From: Verrucomicrobiota bacterium
Lineage (GTDB): Bacteria; Verrucomicrobiota; Verrucomicrobiia; Limisphaerales; JACDHS01
Direction of reading: 5' to 3'
Assembly: GCA_013820875.1 (NCBI GenBank)
Contig: JACDHS010000006.1
Coordinates: 17,865 to 81,864 of the forward strand
Length of the DNA: 64,000 nt
The notes below the pieces were generated by a model. The model was not told the origin of the DNA, searched no databases, and was given only the letters and a program-made list of their open reading frames with translations. A program made the translations under genes and the position numbers. This document shows, piece by piece, positions 33,242-43,398 of the stretch; positions within the stretch are counted from its first letter, which is position 1, and the number at the start of each line of letters is the position of its first letter.

Positions 33242-34213
33242 ATGACTTTCAGACGAAAGATTAGCAGTGCAATCGCAGTTTTTCCTTTTCTGCTTTCTCC
33301 ACTGATAGCCGAAGAAGCGGCGCAACCTCTGTTAGATGCGCTCACCAGCACAACCATTAGCGGCTATATTGATTCCGGTGCTCATTGGAATCCGGGCCCA
33401 GGCATTCCAGTTACATCAATCAATGGAACGGAAATCCTGTGGCAGCACCAGAACGGCAGGGTGGCCATCTGGCAATTGTCAGGCACTGACCTGATCGGCG
33501 CGATTCGAGTCTCGGAACCTTCCTCGACCGCTCCCCGGACGGCACTTGCTTTCGACAAAAATTCCATCGTCTTTCAGCAGTTGGGTTATTTTTGGAAGGA
33601 CGATTCGATCATCAATGCATGGCCCGCTTTGCCGCTTAAGGATTTACATTTTGCTGGCACAGCGAATCTCGTTGGCGATCGGGACAACGATTTAGTTTGG
33701 GCATCTGGATCTCATCTCCTGGTTTGGGAAATGAACGGAACTCGTGTTGTCCGACAGCACATTGTTTCCACTCGATTCCACGTTCCAGCCGATGCCCGCG
33801 TCGTCAGCATCGCAAGATTTGATGCTGACAATTTTCCGGATTTACTCTGGCACGATCCACGCGGATTTGTGTGGGTTACGTTTATGGAGGGTCTCAACGT
33901 CAGAGGGACTGTGGTGTTGAACAATGGCAAGCCCGCCAATCCGGACTGGACACTCCGAGGAGCAGGCGATTTCAATTTGGACGGAAAACCTGATCTGCTC
34001 TGGCAGCATAAAGACGGGCGAACCGCCACCTGGCTCATGGACGGAACAATTCGTAAAAGCGCAGCACTACTGCGAGGCGGAAAGCCAGTGGGAGCAGGAT
34101 GGAAAATCATAGATACACGGAAAGCGGTATTCCATGTCGTGACCTATCAACCTGCCCCTCCACCCCCCCCATGCCCCTCCAATCCCCCTTTTTCCACCCA
34201 TGTTCGGCGGTAG
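33242..34213 (+). CDS. Secreted FG-GAP/VCBS-like repeat protein with Pro-rich C-terminus
   Basis: It has a signal peptide and repeated D.(D/N).DL(L/V)W....G motifs ([23 protein letters not shown]). The tail is [13 protein letters not shown]. Confidence 0.65.
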   Translation: MTFRRKISSAIAVFPFLLSPLIAEEAAQPLLDALTSTTISGYIDSGAHWNPGPGIPVTSINGTEILWQHQNGRVAIWQLSGTDLIGAIRVSEPSSTAPRTALAFDKNSIVFQQLGYFWKDDSIINAWPALPLKDLHFAGTANLVGDRDNDLVWASGSHLLVWEMNGTRVVRQHIVSTRFHVPADARVVSIARFDADNFPDLLWHDPRGFVWVTFMEGLNVRGTVVLNNGKPANPDWTLRGAGDFNLDGKPDLLWQHKDGRTATWLMDGTIRKSAALLRGGKPVGAGWKIIDTRKAVFHVVTYQPAPPPPPCPSNPPFSTHVRR

Positions 34214-34304
34214 CAGTTCCACAATTATCTTCCCACACACCGGACCGATTCCAGTCGTTATCGCGCCTACTCCTGTTTCGGACTAATCTGAATACATCTT
34301 CCTG

Positions 34305-34338
34305 AACAAGAAAAAAGCGACCCGAGAATCGGATCGCT
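34305..34338 (-). terminator. Intrinsic terminator after rplW
   Basis: On the minus strand, AGCGATCCGA-ttc-TCGGGTCGCT (one mismatch) is followed by TTTTTTCTTGTT. Confidence 0.7.
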
Positions 34339-34366
34339 TTGTGAACCAAGTTAAATCTAAAGCGGA

Positions 34367-34648
34367 CTAGGTCAAACTGATCTTGTCACCCTCTTTGAGA
34401 GTAACAATCGCCTTCTTCCAATCCGGCGCCTTACCACGAGCTGGGCTCGATTGGCGGCGTGCCTTTCCAAAGACATTCATCGTGTTCACTCGTGTGACTT
34501 TCACTTTGAACAACTCTTCAATCGCTTTGCGGATCTGAATCTTGTTCGCACGTTTGTCAGCTACCACAGTATATTGGTTGAGCTGGTCTGACTGGCGCGT
34601 GCCCTTTTCAGTGACACGCACGGTTTTGATAACATCAAAAGAATTCAT
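34367..34648 (-). CDS. rplW: 50S ribosomal protein L23
   Basis: Trimmed to ATG 34648 (MNSFDVIKTVRVTEKGT...). It lies downstream of rplD. Confidence 0.9.
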   Translation of the reverse strand: MNSFDVIKTVRVTEKGTRQSDQLNQYTVVADKRANKIQIRKAIEELFKVKVTRVNTMNVFGKARRQSSPARGKAPDWKKAIVTLKEGDKISLT

Positions 34649-34652
34649 AGTC

Positions 34653-35279
34653 TTATTCCTTGCCGAGGCGTTCTTCAACTTTTTCGAATGCGCTACGAGT
34701 AAAAACAAGCTTCGCCGGACGCAACACTTCATACGTGTTGAGGGACTCACTCGTTGCCACATAAATCTGTGGCAGGTTTCTCGATGCAAGCATCAGGTTC
34801 TGATCCACACCCTGCGAAACGATCAGCGCCGTGTCATCGATTTCCAACGTGTTCAGCAGATTGACGAAATCTTTGGTCTTCGGGGAAGTCAGTTTCAGAT
34901 CGTCCACAACCAACACGTCGCCGGATTTGATCCGTTCGCTAAGTGCTTTGCGCAATGCGAGTTGTTTCGTCTTGGTATTAATCTTTTTCGTGAAATCGCG
35001 GGGCTTCGGTCCAAAGACCACACCACCACCACGCCACAAAGGAGATGCGAATGAACCGGCACGAGCGCGGCCAGTGCCCTTTTGGCGCCATGGCTTTTTG
35101 CCGCTGCCAGCAACTTCACCCATCGTTTTGGTGCAAGCAGTGCCGCTACGTTGAGCAGCCATGTATGCAGTAACGGCGTCATGAACTGCCTGTGTGCCAC
35201 TTCCATCTTCAATCAATGGAAAGCGAACTTCGAGTTCTCCAGCGTTCTGACCTTTATTATCTTTAACAGTAAGCTTCAT
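34653..35279 (-). CDS. rplD: 50S ribosomal protein L4
   Basis: 208 aa with [15 protein letters not shown]. Confidence 0.95.
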   Translation of the reverse strand: MKLTVKDNKGQNAGELEVRFPLIEDGSGTQAVHDAVTAYMAAQRSGTACTKTMGEVAGSGKKPWRQKGTGRARAGSFASPLWRGGGVVFGPKPRDFTKKINTKTKQLALRKALSERIKSGDVLVVDDLKLTSPKTKDFVNLLNTLEIDDTALIVSQGVDQNLMLASRNLPQIYVATSESLNTYEVLRPAKLVFTRSAFEKVEERLGKE

Positions 35280-35315
35280 AAATGAACGGTTGGCGGGCAG
35301 TCGCCCACCCTATTT

Positions 35316-36044
35316 TTACTTCTTCTTCGCAGCGGCCTTCGCAGCAACACCTGCAGACTTGGCTTTCACGGCCGACACCGGTTCGAAGCGGAGTTTCGCC
35401 CGTTGAGAACCTTTCGGCAATTTCTTCGCTTCCCGAATGATCACATAATCATCATTTGAACCAGGAATTGCGCCTTTGATTAGAAGGATATTCTCCGATT
35501 CACGAACCTGCACAACTTGCAGATTCTGCGTCGTGCGCTGAACCTGGCCCATGTGACCGGGCATTTTCATGCCGCGCATAACCGTTCCAGGGAACAAACG
35601 TTGCCCGATGGCACCCGAACGACGACGCCAACCTTTGGCACCGTGAGTAGCATCACCACCGCGAAAATTATGGCGCTTCATAACACCTTCGAAGCCGCGA
35701 CCTTTTGTCACGCCAATGGCATCAACAAAATCGCCGACTGCAAAGATGTTCGCACCGACTGTGTCACCAGATTTAACTTCAATCGAGAAATCGCGAAATT
35801 CCTTGATGCGTTTCACTGGAGCAGCATTGTGCTTCTTCATGTGACCGAGAAGCGGTTTGGTCAACCGGCTTTCTTTTTGGTCATCGAAGCCTAACTGAAC
35901 AGAATTATAACCATCGCTCTCCTGGGTTTTCACCTGAATGACGCGATTGGGGCCGACAGCAACGACCGTTACCGGAATCAGAACTCCTTTGGAGTCGTAA
36001 ACACGGGTCTGGCCAAGTTTTTTTCCTAACAATCCGATTGGCAT
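35316..36044 (-). CDS. rplC: 50S ribosomal protein L3
   Basis: 242 aa. MPIGLLGKKLGQTRVY...GVTKGRGFEGVMKRHNF. Confidence 0.95.
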   Translation of the reverse strand: MPIGLLGKKLGQTRVYDSKGVLIPVTVVAVGPNRVIQVKTQESDGYNSVQLGFDDQKESRLTKPLLGHMKKHNAAPVKRIKEFRDFSIEVKSGDTVGANIFAVGDFVDAIGVTKGRGFEGVMKRHNFRGGDATHGAKGWRRRSGAIGQRLFPGTVMRGMKMPGHMGQVQRTTQNLQVVQVRESENILLIKGAIPGSNDDYVIIREAKKLPKGSQRAKLRFEPVSAVKAKSAGVAAKAAAKKK

Positions 36045-36056
36045 AAAAAAGCAGAG

Positions 36057-36365
36057 TTAAATTTTGATGGTGATGTCCACGCCAGCCGGAAGATTGAGTT
36101 TCTTCAATTCATCCACGGTCTTCGCAGTCGGCTCGATAATATCGAGCAGGCGCTTATGGGTGCGTTGTTCAAAGGTTTCTTGCGACTTCTTGTCGGCATG
36201 TGGCGAGCGCAAAACGGTAAAGCGCTCGACCCGAGTCGGAAGTGGAATTGGACCAGCGACTCGTGCGCCGGTGCGTTTAACAGTTTCAACAATGTCAGAG
36301 GCCGATTGGTCAATGACACGATGATCGTATGCTTTCAGTCTGATGCGGATGCGTTGTCCAGCCAT
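36057..36365 (-). CDS. rpsJ: 30S ribosomal protein S10
   Basis: 102 aa. [17 protein letters not shown]...GPIPLPT. Confidence 0.95.
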   Translation of the reverse strand: MAGQRIRIRLKAYDHRVIDQSASDIVETVKRTGARVAGPIPLPTRVERFTVLRSPHADKKSQETFEQRTHKRLLDIIEPTAKTVDELKKLNLPAGVDITIKI

Positions 36366-36398
36366 AATTCAAAGAGCGTGGTTAATAGTTTATTTTTT

Positions 36399-38579
36399 CT
36401 AGCTGCGTGCTGCTGGACGGGCTTTCGCCGAATCCATAATGGTACTCAAAACACTGTTTGGAACCTGTTCGAAAGTCAGCGGCTCCATTGAATAGGAAGC
36501 ACGGCCTTTCGAAAGAGAACGGATGGCAGTGGCGTAACCGAACATTTCGGCCAGAGGCACCTGAGCGTTTAAAATAGTCTGTCCTGCCTTTGCGTCAATC
36601 CCGTTGATCACACCGCGGCGGCGATTCACATCACCGAGCAGATCACCTTGATATTCGTCCGGTGTGGTGACTTCAACCTTCATGATTGGCTCGAGCAACA
36701 CTGGACCCGCTTTTTTGAAAGCGTCTTTCAGAGCGAAGATACCAGCCATTTTGAAGGCCAACTCGTTGGAATCAACTTCATGGAACGATCCGTCAACCAC
36801 ATCCACTTTGATATCAATGACTTGATAGCCGGCATAAACACCGCTGCGGATGGCTTCCTCGATACCATTAATAACTGCCGGAATGTATTCCTTCGGAATC
36901 GCACCACCAACAATCTTGTTATTAATTTCGATGCCTTTTCCCTTTTCATTCGGCTCAAGCTTGACGACGGCGTGACCGTATTGACCACGACCACCCGATT
37001 GACGAATGAACTTGCCTTCGCCTTCTGCGGGTTGAGTCACAGTTTCACGGTAAGCGATCTGAGGCGCGCCAACGTTGGCTTCAACCTTAAATTCACGCTT
37101 CAAACGATCAATGATAATTTCCAGGTGCAACTCACCCATCCCGGCGATGATGAGCTGGCTGGTTTCTTCATTGGTGAAGCAACGGAACGTCGGATCTTCT
37201 TCCGCCAAACGCTGCAAACCTTCGGACATCTTGTCGCGGTCTGCCTTGGTCTTCGGTTCCACAGCCATGCTTATAACAGGCTCAGGAAAGGTTGGCGGTT
37301 CCAGGGTCACGTCGAAATCTTCGTCGCAAACTGTGTCACCAGTGGTGATGTTGCGGAGACCAACTAGAGCGGCGATGTCGCCAGCATAAGCCGCATCGAT
37401 ATCTTTGCGTTCGCCACCTTGAATGACCATCAAGCGGCTAACCCGTTCACGTCTGCGTGTGCGCGGATTATAAATCGTGTCACCCTTCTTCAAGATGCCG
37501 GAATACACACGGAAGAACACCAACTTACCGGCGTAAGGATCAGTCCAAAGTTTGAATGCGAGCGAACAGAATTTGGCGTTGTCATCCGTATCCACTTTGA
37601 CGATATCTTCAGTTCCTGGAACCAAACCTTGTGCCGACGGAATGTCCAGCGGGCTTGGAAGATAATCAATAACAGCATCAATCAGAACTTGAACGCCTTT
37701 TTTCTTGAAAGCAGAACCGCAAAGAACCGGGACCAGTTCAATTTTGCAGGTTAACCGGCGAATCGCAGCTTTCAGGATCAAAGGTTCGATCGGCTTTTCT
37801 TCCAATACCAGTTCAGCGAGAGAATCGTCTTTGTTCGATACAGCTTCGATCAATTCCTTCAAAGCGGCTTTTGCGCGCTCCTTGTGAATATCAGGAATCT
37901 CCGTGATCTCATACTTAAGACCTTCATTTAAGATGTCGCCTGCACCCCAGATAATTGCCTTCTGGTTTACGACGTCAATGACACCTTCAAAGTTTTCCTC
38001 GGCACCGATCGGCAGAAAGATCGGGAAAGCGTATGCGCGCAATTTTGTGCGCATGTCATTCAGTGCATTTTCAAAGTTGGCACCAGTCCGATCCATCTTA
38101 TTGACGAATGCGATACGGGGAACTTTGTACTTCGTAGCCTGGCGCCACACCGTTTCAGATTGCGGCTGCACACCAGCCACACCACAAAACACAGCTACTG
38201 CACCATCGAGCACACGCATCGAACGCTCAACTTCAGCGGTAAAATCCACATGGCCCGGGGTATCAATGATATTGACCCGGTGCGGAATTTCCGTGAAGAG
38301 CTTGTTAAGAAGTTCTTCGTTCTTCTGTTTCCAGAAGGTCGTGACTGCAGCAGAAGTAATGGTAATGCCACGCTCCTTTTCCTGCTCCATCCAGTCGGTC
38401 ACGGTATTGCCGTCATCGACATCACCAATTCGGTGAATCAAACCGGTATAAAAGAGAATACGCTCGGTCGTCGTGGTCTTGCCGGCGTCAATGTGGGCGG
38501 CGATACCAATATTGCGAGTCCGCTCCAGCGTGTACTGCCGGTTCGGAGAATTGACCCCTTTGTTTTCTACTGCACTCAT
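36399..38579 (-). CDS. fusA: Elongation factor G
   Basis: 726 aa. NIGIAAHIDAGKTTTTERILFYTG, DTPGHVDF, NKMDR. Confidence 0.95.
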   Translation of the reverse strand: MSAVENKGVNSPNRQYTLERTRNIGIAAHIDAGKTTTTERILFYTGLIHRIGDVDDGNTVTDWMEQEKERGITITSAAVTTFWKQKNEELLNKLFTEIPHRVNIIDTPGHVDFTAEVERSMRVLDGAVAVFCGVAGVQPQSETVWRQATKYKVPRIAFVNKMDRTGANFENALNDMRTKLRAYAFPIFLPIGAEENFEGVIDVVNQKAIIWGAGDILNEGLKYEITEIPDIHKERAKAALKELIEAVSNKDDSLAELVLEEKPIEPLILKAAIRRLTCKIELVPVLCGSAFKKKGVQVLIDAVIDYLPSPLDIPSAQGLVPGTEDIVKVDTDDNAKFCSLAFKLWTDPYAGKLVFFRVYSGILKKGDTIYNPRTRRRERVSRLMVIQGGERKDIDAAYAGDIAALVGLRNITTGDTVCDEDFDVTLEPPTFPEPVISMAVEPKTKADRDKMSEGLQRLAEEDPTFRCFTNEETSQLIIAGMGELHLEIIIDRLKREFKVEANVGAPQIAYRETVTQPAEGEGKFIRQSGGRGQYGHAVVKLEPNEKGKGIEINNKIVGGAIPKEYIPAVINGIEEAIRSGVYAGYQVIDIKVDVVDGSFHEVDSNELAFKMAGIFALKDAFKKAGPVLLEPIMKVEVTTPDEYQGDLLGDVNRRRGVINGIDAKAGQTILNAQVPLAEMFGYATAIRSLSKGRASYSMEPLTFEQVPNSVLSTIMDSAKARPAARS

Positions 38580-38641
38580 TTTAAAAATCTAACGAATAAA
38601 AACGCCCCGAATTTCATCGGGGCGCAGTTCAAATCTTAATT

Positions 38642-39115
38642 CTACCAGCGGAAATGCGCGAAAGCTTTATTGGCCTGTGCCATTTTATGCACTTCATCAC
38701 GCTTACGGATAGCGTTACCCTGCGCCTGGTAGGCTTCCAGGATTTCCGCAGCCAACGATTCTCTCATTGGTTGCCCCTTACGCGCATCAGCGAAATCAAC
38801 GATCCAACGGAGAGCCAGGGCAGCCTGACGATCTGAGGGAACTTCAACCGGCACCTGGTAAGTTGCGCCACCCACTCGGCGAGGCTTCACTTCCAGACGG
38901 GGTTTTGCGTTATCCACTGCGCGCTGCAAAATTTCCAACGGGTTGGATTGCGGATTCTTTTCCACAATCTGGTCGAACGCACCATAAACGATACGTTGAG
39001 CGACTGATTTCTTGCCGCTGATCATGACGGTGTTCACGAGACGCGTTACGAGTGCGCTGTGATACTTACCATCTTCCACCATTATTCTTTTCTCTGCTTG
39101 ACGACGACGTGCCAT
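38642..39115 (-). CDS. rpsG: 30S ribosomal protein S7
   Basis: 157 aa, ending ...MAQANKAFAHFRW. Confidence 0.95.
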   Translation of the reverse strand: MARRRQAEKRIMVEDGKYHSALVTRLVNTVMISGKKSVAQRIVYGAFDQIVEKNPQSNPLEILQRAVDNAKPRLEVKPRRVGGATYQVPVEVPSDRQAALALRWIVDFADARKGQPMRESLAAEILEAYQAQGNAIRKRDEVHKMAQANKAFAHFRW

Positions 39116-39128
39116 AAAAATCTTTTAT

Positions 39129-39530
39129 TTACTTCTTCTTAGCCGCACCTGCTGCTGTTGCCTTTGGACGCTTTACTCCGTACTTGGAACGGCTGACGCG
39201 GCGCTTTTCAACACCGGAGGCATCCAATGTACCGCGAACAATGTGATAACGCACACCGGGCAAATCCTTCACACGACCGCCACGCACCAGTACAATAGAA
39301 TGTTCCTGGAGGTTGTGACCTTCGTCTGGAATATAAGCAATCACTTCAAAACCATTCGTCAAGCGGATCTTGGCCACTTTACGCATCGCAGAGTTAGGCT
39401 TTTTCGGAGTACGAGTCATCACTTGAAGACACACCCCACGACGAAACGGCGAACGGTCCAAAGCAGGAGCCTTGGATTTCACTTTCAGTTTTGAACGTCC
39501 CTTCCGGACGAGCTGGTTAATTGTCGGCAT
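39129..39530 (-). CDS. rpsL: 30S ribosomal protein S12
   Basis: [12 protein letters not shown]...[12 protein letters not shown]...[15 protein letters not shown]. Confidence 0.95.
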   Translation of the reverse strand: MPTINQLVRKGRSKLKVKSKAPALDRSPFRRGVCLQVMTRTPKKPNSAMRKVAKIRLTNGFEVIAYIPDEGHNLQEHSIVLVRGGRVKDLPGVRYHIVRGTLDASGVEKRRVSRSKYGVKRPKATAAGAAKKK

Positions 39531-40010
39531 TTGTATTTAAAGCATTTAGGTCGCTTCACTGGGAAGCGGGAGCGCGGAATATAACAAAGCGATTTTCGCT
39601 TGCAACAGGTAATTACAGAAATCTCCCAATTTCGCAGAAGAACCGTAAAACATTGGTGCTTCACCCCATTGAACAACGCACTCGGCGATACTATATAGCT
39701 ATTTGGCGTCTCTTCAAACATCTGTTTGCTCAATATATTCCTCCAAAATGCTGTTTTCGGTGGAATAAGAATCGTTGTTTGCCCGACTCCTGACGTCCTT
39801 GCCCCGGAGGGGGCCTCTGACAATAGCCCAATGTTTCAGCATTGGGTGTGGTTCATTATTGATCCAAACCACGATCTGGGCTGGTGCCATTCGAAAGGCG
39901 CATGGCTATTCCACTGAAAACAGCGAGGAACCCTCGGCCCCAGGCAAAGCCCCTACAAATCAGGCGCGCTTACAATGCATCCTGCGGCTCACAACACCCC
40001 TGCTCAGGCA

Positions 40011-40085
40011 TGTCTGTGGCTCCGACCGAGTGACCTTCCAACGTTAAATGGTGTGTCTGCGGCTCCGACCGAGTGACCTTCCAAG
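40011..40085 (+). repeat. Two-copy direct repeat (about 32 bp, offset 43 bp)
   Basis: tgtctgtggctccgaccgagtgaccttccaa at 40011 and tgtctgcggctccgaccgagtgaccttccaa at 40054. Confidence 0.9.
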
Positions 40086-40179
40086 TTGGATCCGGATATT
40101 TATTGAGGCGACGAGTCTAAAATTTTAACTAGCCGGAAAGGTTTGTGGGCGTTTATAAAGGTGGACCGCAAAAACATTT

Positions 40180-41508
40180 ATGAACTTTGAAACCTTCACT
40201 CGCCGGGACTTCTTGAAGAGTTCGACAGTCGCAGCCGGGGGCGCACTGCTCGGAACCCTTTCACTTGAACGCAGCGCGCATGCCGCAGCGAACAATGACA
40301 CACTAAAAATCGCTCTTATCGGCTGTGGAGGACGCGGTTCCGGCGCTGCTGCCCATGCTCTTACGGCCGATCCGAATTGCAAACTGGTCGCGATGGTTGA
40401 CGCTTTTCAGGATCGATTGGACAAGGGGCTTGAACAAATCAAAAATAAACACGGAGATCGCGTTGCTGTTCCGGAAGAAAACAAGTTCGTCGGATTCGAC
40501 GGTTATAAAGAAGCCATCGCGCTGGCTGATGTCGTTATCCTGGCGACCCCTCCCGGATTTCGGCCGATGCACTTCGAAGAAGCCGTCCGCCAGGGTAAAC
40601 ATGTGTTCATGGAAAAACCGGTTGCTGTAGACGCCCCTGGCGTTCGCCGGGTGCTCGCGGCTGCTGCAGAAGCGAAAAAGAAAAATTTAAAAGTGGGCGT
40701 CGGCCTGCAACGCCATCACCAACCTAATTACAATGAAACCATCAAACGCCTGCAGGACGGCGCAATTGGCAACATTGTCGCGGCCCGAGTTTATTGGAAT
40801 GGCGGCCCAGTGGGACCAAAATACAGGCGCGCGCAAGTCGCCGAAATCGTAGGTCGCCAACCCACTGAAATGGAATTTCAGATGCGCAATTGGTACATGT
40901 TCAATTGGCTCTGCGGCGATCACATTGTCGAACAACACATTCATAACCTCGACGTGATCAATTGGATCAAGGGCAGCTACCCGGTGCGCGTGCAAGGGAT
41001 GGGCGGTCGCGCTTTCCAACAAGGCCCGGACAGCGGAGAAATTTTCGATCATCACGCCGCGGAATATGAGTATGCCGATGGCACCCGGATGTTCAGTCAA
41101 TGCCGTCAGATCCCAAACTGCGAAAACAACGTCTCCGAACATGTCATCGGGACCAGGGGGCATGCAGACGTCAACGGTCACAAGATTTTTGGTGGAGAAA
41201 CGGCGTGGCGCTACAAAAAAGAAGGCCAATCCAATGACGGCTGGCAATTGGAGCATTACACGTTGTTTGATGCCATTCGCAATGACAAGCCATACAACGA
41301 AGCGGAAAATGGAGCGAAGAGCACGTTAACGGCTATCATGGGTCGCATGGCGACCTATTCGGGCAAAGTCATCGAATGGGAACAGGCGCTCAATTCGACG
41401 CTGGAGCTTGTTCCAAAGACTTTGGCGTGGGATGCGCAACCGCTCGTCCTGCCGGGCGCGGATGGATTGTATCCGTTCGCTGTGCCAGGAAAAACTGTCG
41501 CGGTTTAA
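40180..41508 (+). CDS. Gfo/Idh/MocA family oxidoreductase with Tat signal
   Basis: Tat motif TRRDFLKSSTVAAGGALLG...AHA. Rossmann motif IALIGCGGRGSGAA. Confidence 0.85.
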   Translation: MNFETFTRRDFLKSSTVAAGGALLGTLSLERSAHAAANNDTLKIALIGCGGRGSGAAAHALTADPNCKLVAMVDAFQDRLDKGLEQIKNKHGDRVAVPEENKFVGFDGYKEAIALADVVILATPPGFRPMHFEEAVRQGKHVFMEKPVAVDAPGVRRVLAAAAEAKKKNLKVGVGLQRHHQPNYNETIKRLQDGAIGNIVAARVYWNGGPVGPKYRRAQVAEIVGRQPTEMEFQMRNWYMFNWLCGDHIVEQHIHNLDVINWIKGSYPVRVQGMGGRAFQQGPDSGEIFDHHAAEYEYADGTRMFSQCRQIPNCENNVSEHVIGTRGHADVNGHKIFGGETAWRYKKEGQSNDGWQLEHYTLFDAIRNDKPYNEAENGAKSTLTAIMGRMATYSGKVIEWEQALNSTLELVPKTLAWDAQPLVLPGADGLYPFAVPGKTVAV

Positions 41509-41524
41509 ACTTAATCCAACACTA

Positions 41525-41573
41525 AACCGGCCACGCTTCAGTTCATCTGTTGCGTGGCCGGTTCATTTATTTC
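41525..41573 (+). terminator. Intrinsic terminator
   Basis: aaccggccacgc (41525-36) pairs perfectly with gcgtggccggtt (41552-63) and is followed by catttatttc. Confidence 0.7.
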
Positions 41574-41706
41574 AGATTCTTGCAACAGCAGAACCCTCCT
41601 GCTTCATCAACCTAAAAACCGCAGTTTAACCCTGCCTGAAACCTTTAATCCCTCTCTTTCTTACGTTTACAAAGACCGAAACCGGAAAAATCACCGTTTT
41701 CCCCAC

Positions 41707-41993
41707 GTAACCGAGAGGCAATCCGCCCGGATCGGGTCTCGGTTAGCGTAACCGAGAGGCAATCCGTTCGGATCGGGTCTCGGTTAGCGTAACCGAGAGG
41801 CAATCCGTCCGGATCGGGCCTCGGTTAGCGTAACCGAGAGGCAATCCGTTCGGATCGGGACTCGGTTAGCGTAACCGAGGGGCAATCCGTTCGGATCGGG
41901 TCTCGGTTAGCGTAACCGAGAGGCAATCCGTTCGGATCGGGCCTCGGTTAGCGTAACCGAGAGGCAATCCGCCCGGATCGGGTCTCGGTAATC
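41707..41993. repeat. Tandem array of seven 41-bp units, each a long hairpin
   Basis: The unit is gtaaccgagaggcaatccgYYcggatcgggNctcggttagc, starting at 41707, 41748, 41789, 41830, 41871, 41912 and 41953. TAACCGAGA/TCTCGGTTA and ATCCG/CGGAT are inverted within each unit. Confidence 0.95.
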
Positions 41994-42166
41994 ATCGTCG
42001 GGAGCCATCAAACTGTTAGGCTAGATCGGGCAGTTGGATTTCAACGCAGAGGCGCAAAGAGGCAGAGGCGCAGAGGATTTATGCTTTTTACCTCATTAAA
42101 AACACCTCATCTAAAAGGTGAGTGCCCGGAAGACTTGGAACTCTGCGTTAACTGCCGTTTTTAGGA

Positions 42167-43198
42167 TCAAGGTTCCACCAGCCACGTGCGGAAATTGGGC
42201 GTTTCCGATGTCTTGATGTTCTCCATGCGCTTGCGCGAAATGCGAGTCGCAGCTTCAGGCCTTTTTTCCATCAACTGCAACCCGGCATCAATCCCGAGAA
42301 CGCTGACGGCTGTCGAAAGCGCATCCGCAGTAGCAGCATCATCCGCCACGACCACCACACGGCTGTGATCCACGAGGCCAATACCAGTGCGGGGATCAAC
42401 AATGTGCGAGTAACGATTCCCATCCAACTGGACGTATTGGAATAAATCGCCGGAAGTCGCCATGGCTTTGTTTTTCAAGTAAAGAAAGTCGGAGGGAGCG
42501 GAATTCTCTTCCAAGGGCGGGAGTTCGATTCTCCACGTTTTTGTTCCCGGCGGAGGTTGGCTGACGACGAGATCGCCACCACCGGAAACAAGCGCTCGCA
42601 ATATCCCGTGCTGCTTCAAAACTTTCATTGCTTCATCCACGGCATAGCCTTTGCCAATCCCGCCGAGGTCAAGGCGCATATTGGGCGCAACCAGTTCGAC
42701 GGTACGACTGTTCGGTTCGAGTTTCATCTTTTCATACCCAACCGCGAGCCGCGCTGCGGCTAGACGGGACTCATCGGGAAACTTTTTTTCACGTCGTGCT
42801 TTGCGCCAAAGATTTACCGCCGGTCCGACCGTCACATCAAAGGCTCCCCCGCTCTGTTCCGCAAAATCTTGTGATCGCTTCAGCACGTGCCAAAGATCAT
42901 CGCTGACTTTAATCATTTGCCCGGAGCCGGATGTGCGCGAAAGCTGGCTCAACTCACTGTCGTAGTCGTAATCACTCAAGACCGAATTCAACGCAGCGAT
43001 TCGCGCAAAGGCAGCGTCCGCTGCGCGCCTGGCCGGAACCTCATCTGGAGCATAGAGAACGATTCGAAAAGGCACTCCCATTTGCGGTTGTTGGAATTCA
43101 AACCGGCGAACCGGCGTATCAGTGGTAACGCAGGAAACCGTAAACACAGCCACGCCCAACAGGAGAAACAGCCAATGGAGTGTTTTGCCAAATCGCAC
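42167..43198 (-). CDS. apbE: FAD:protein FMN transferase (ApbE family) lipoprotein
   Basis: Signal/lipobox LLLGVAVFTVSC. The motif LDLGGIGKGYAVDEA is typical of ApbE. Confidence 0.85.
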   Translation of the reverse strand: MRFGKTLHWLFLLLGVAVFTVSCVTTDTPVRRFEFQQPQMGVPFRIVLYAPDEVPARRAADAAFARIAALNSVLSDYDYDSELSQLSRTSGSGQMIKVSDDLWHVLKRSQDFAEQSGGAFDVTVGPAVNLWRKARREKKFPDESRLAAARLAVGYEKMKLEPNSRTVELVAPNMRLDLGGIGKGYAVDEAMKVLKQHGILRALVSGGGDLVVSQPPPGTKTWRIELPPLEENSAPSDFLYLKNKAMATSGDLFQYVQLDGNRYSHIVDPRTGIGLVDHSRVVVVADDAATADALSTAVSVLGIDAGLQLMEKRPEAATRISRKRMENIKTSETPNFRTWLVEP

Positions 43199-43398
43199 AG
43201 GTTAAACTGTAAGACAAATCCAGAACAGGAAAGGCGGAAGTTTTAGAACGTGGACCTGCGGCGTGATTAAGAGTGGGTGAGACAGAAGGGGCGCTCCGCT
43301 TCCACGCCCATCTCACCCGTTAAAACCGCACCCTCAGCTTCTCCCCTAAAGAAACTTGGCTTGTTAAGAAAGGGGCATTCCATCATCTTCGTGTTTCC

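Noticed and set aside
39531-40179. A 650-bp gene-free region upstream of rpsL, examined for a tRNA, another structured RNA or a leader. It contains small hairpins, for example CCCAATG-tttcag-CATTGGG at about 39836-39856.
   Set aside because: I could not trace a cloverleaf or any known RNA signature by eye. An Rfam or tRNAscan search would be needed, so nothing is reported beyond the direct repeat.
41707-41993. Possible CRISPR array, suggested by regular spacing and palindromic units.
   Set aside because: The whole 41 bp repeats with no variable spacers, so there is nothing to serve as a spacer.
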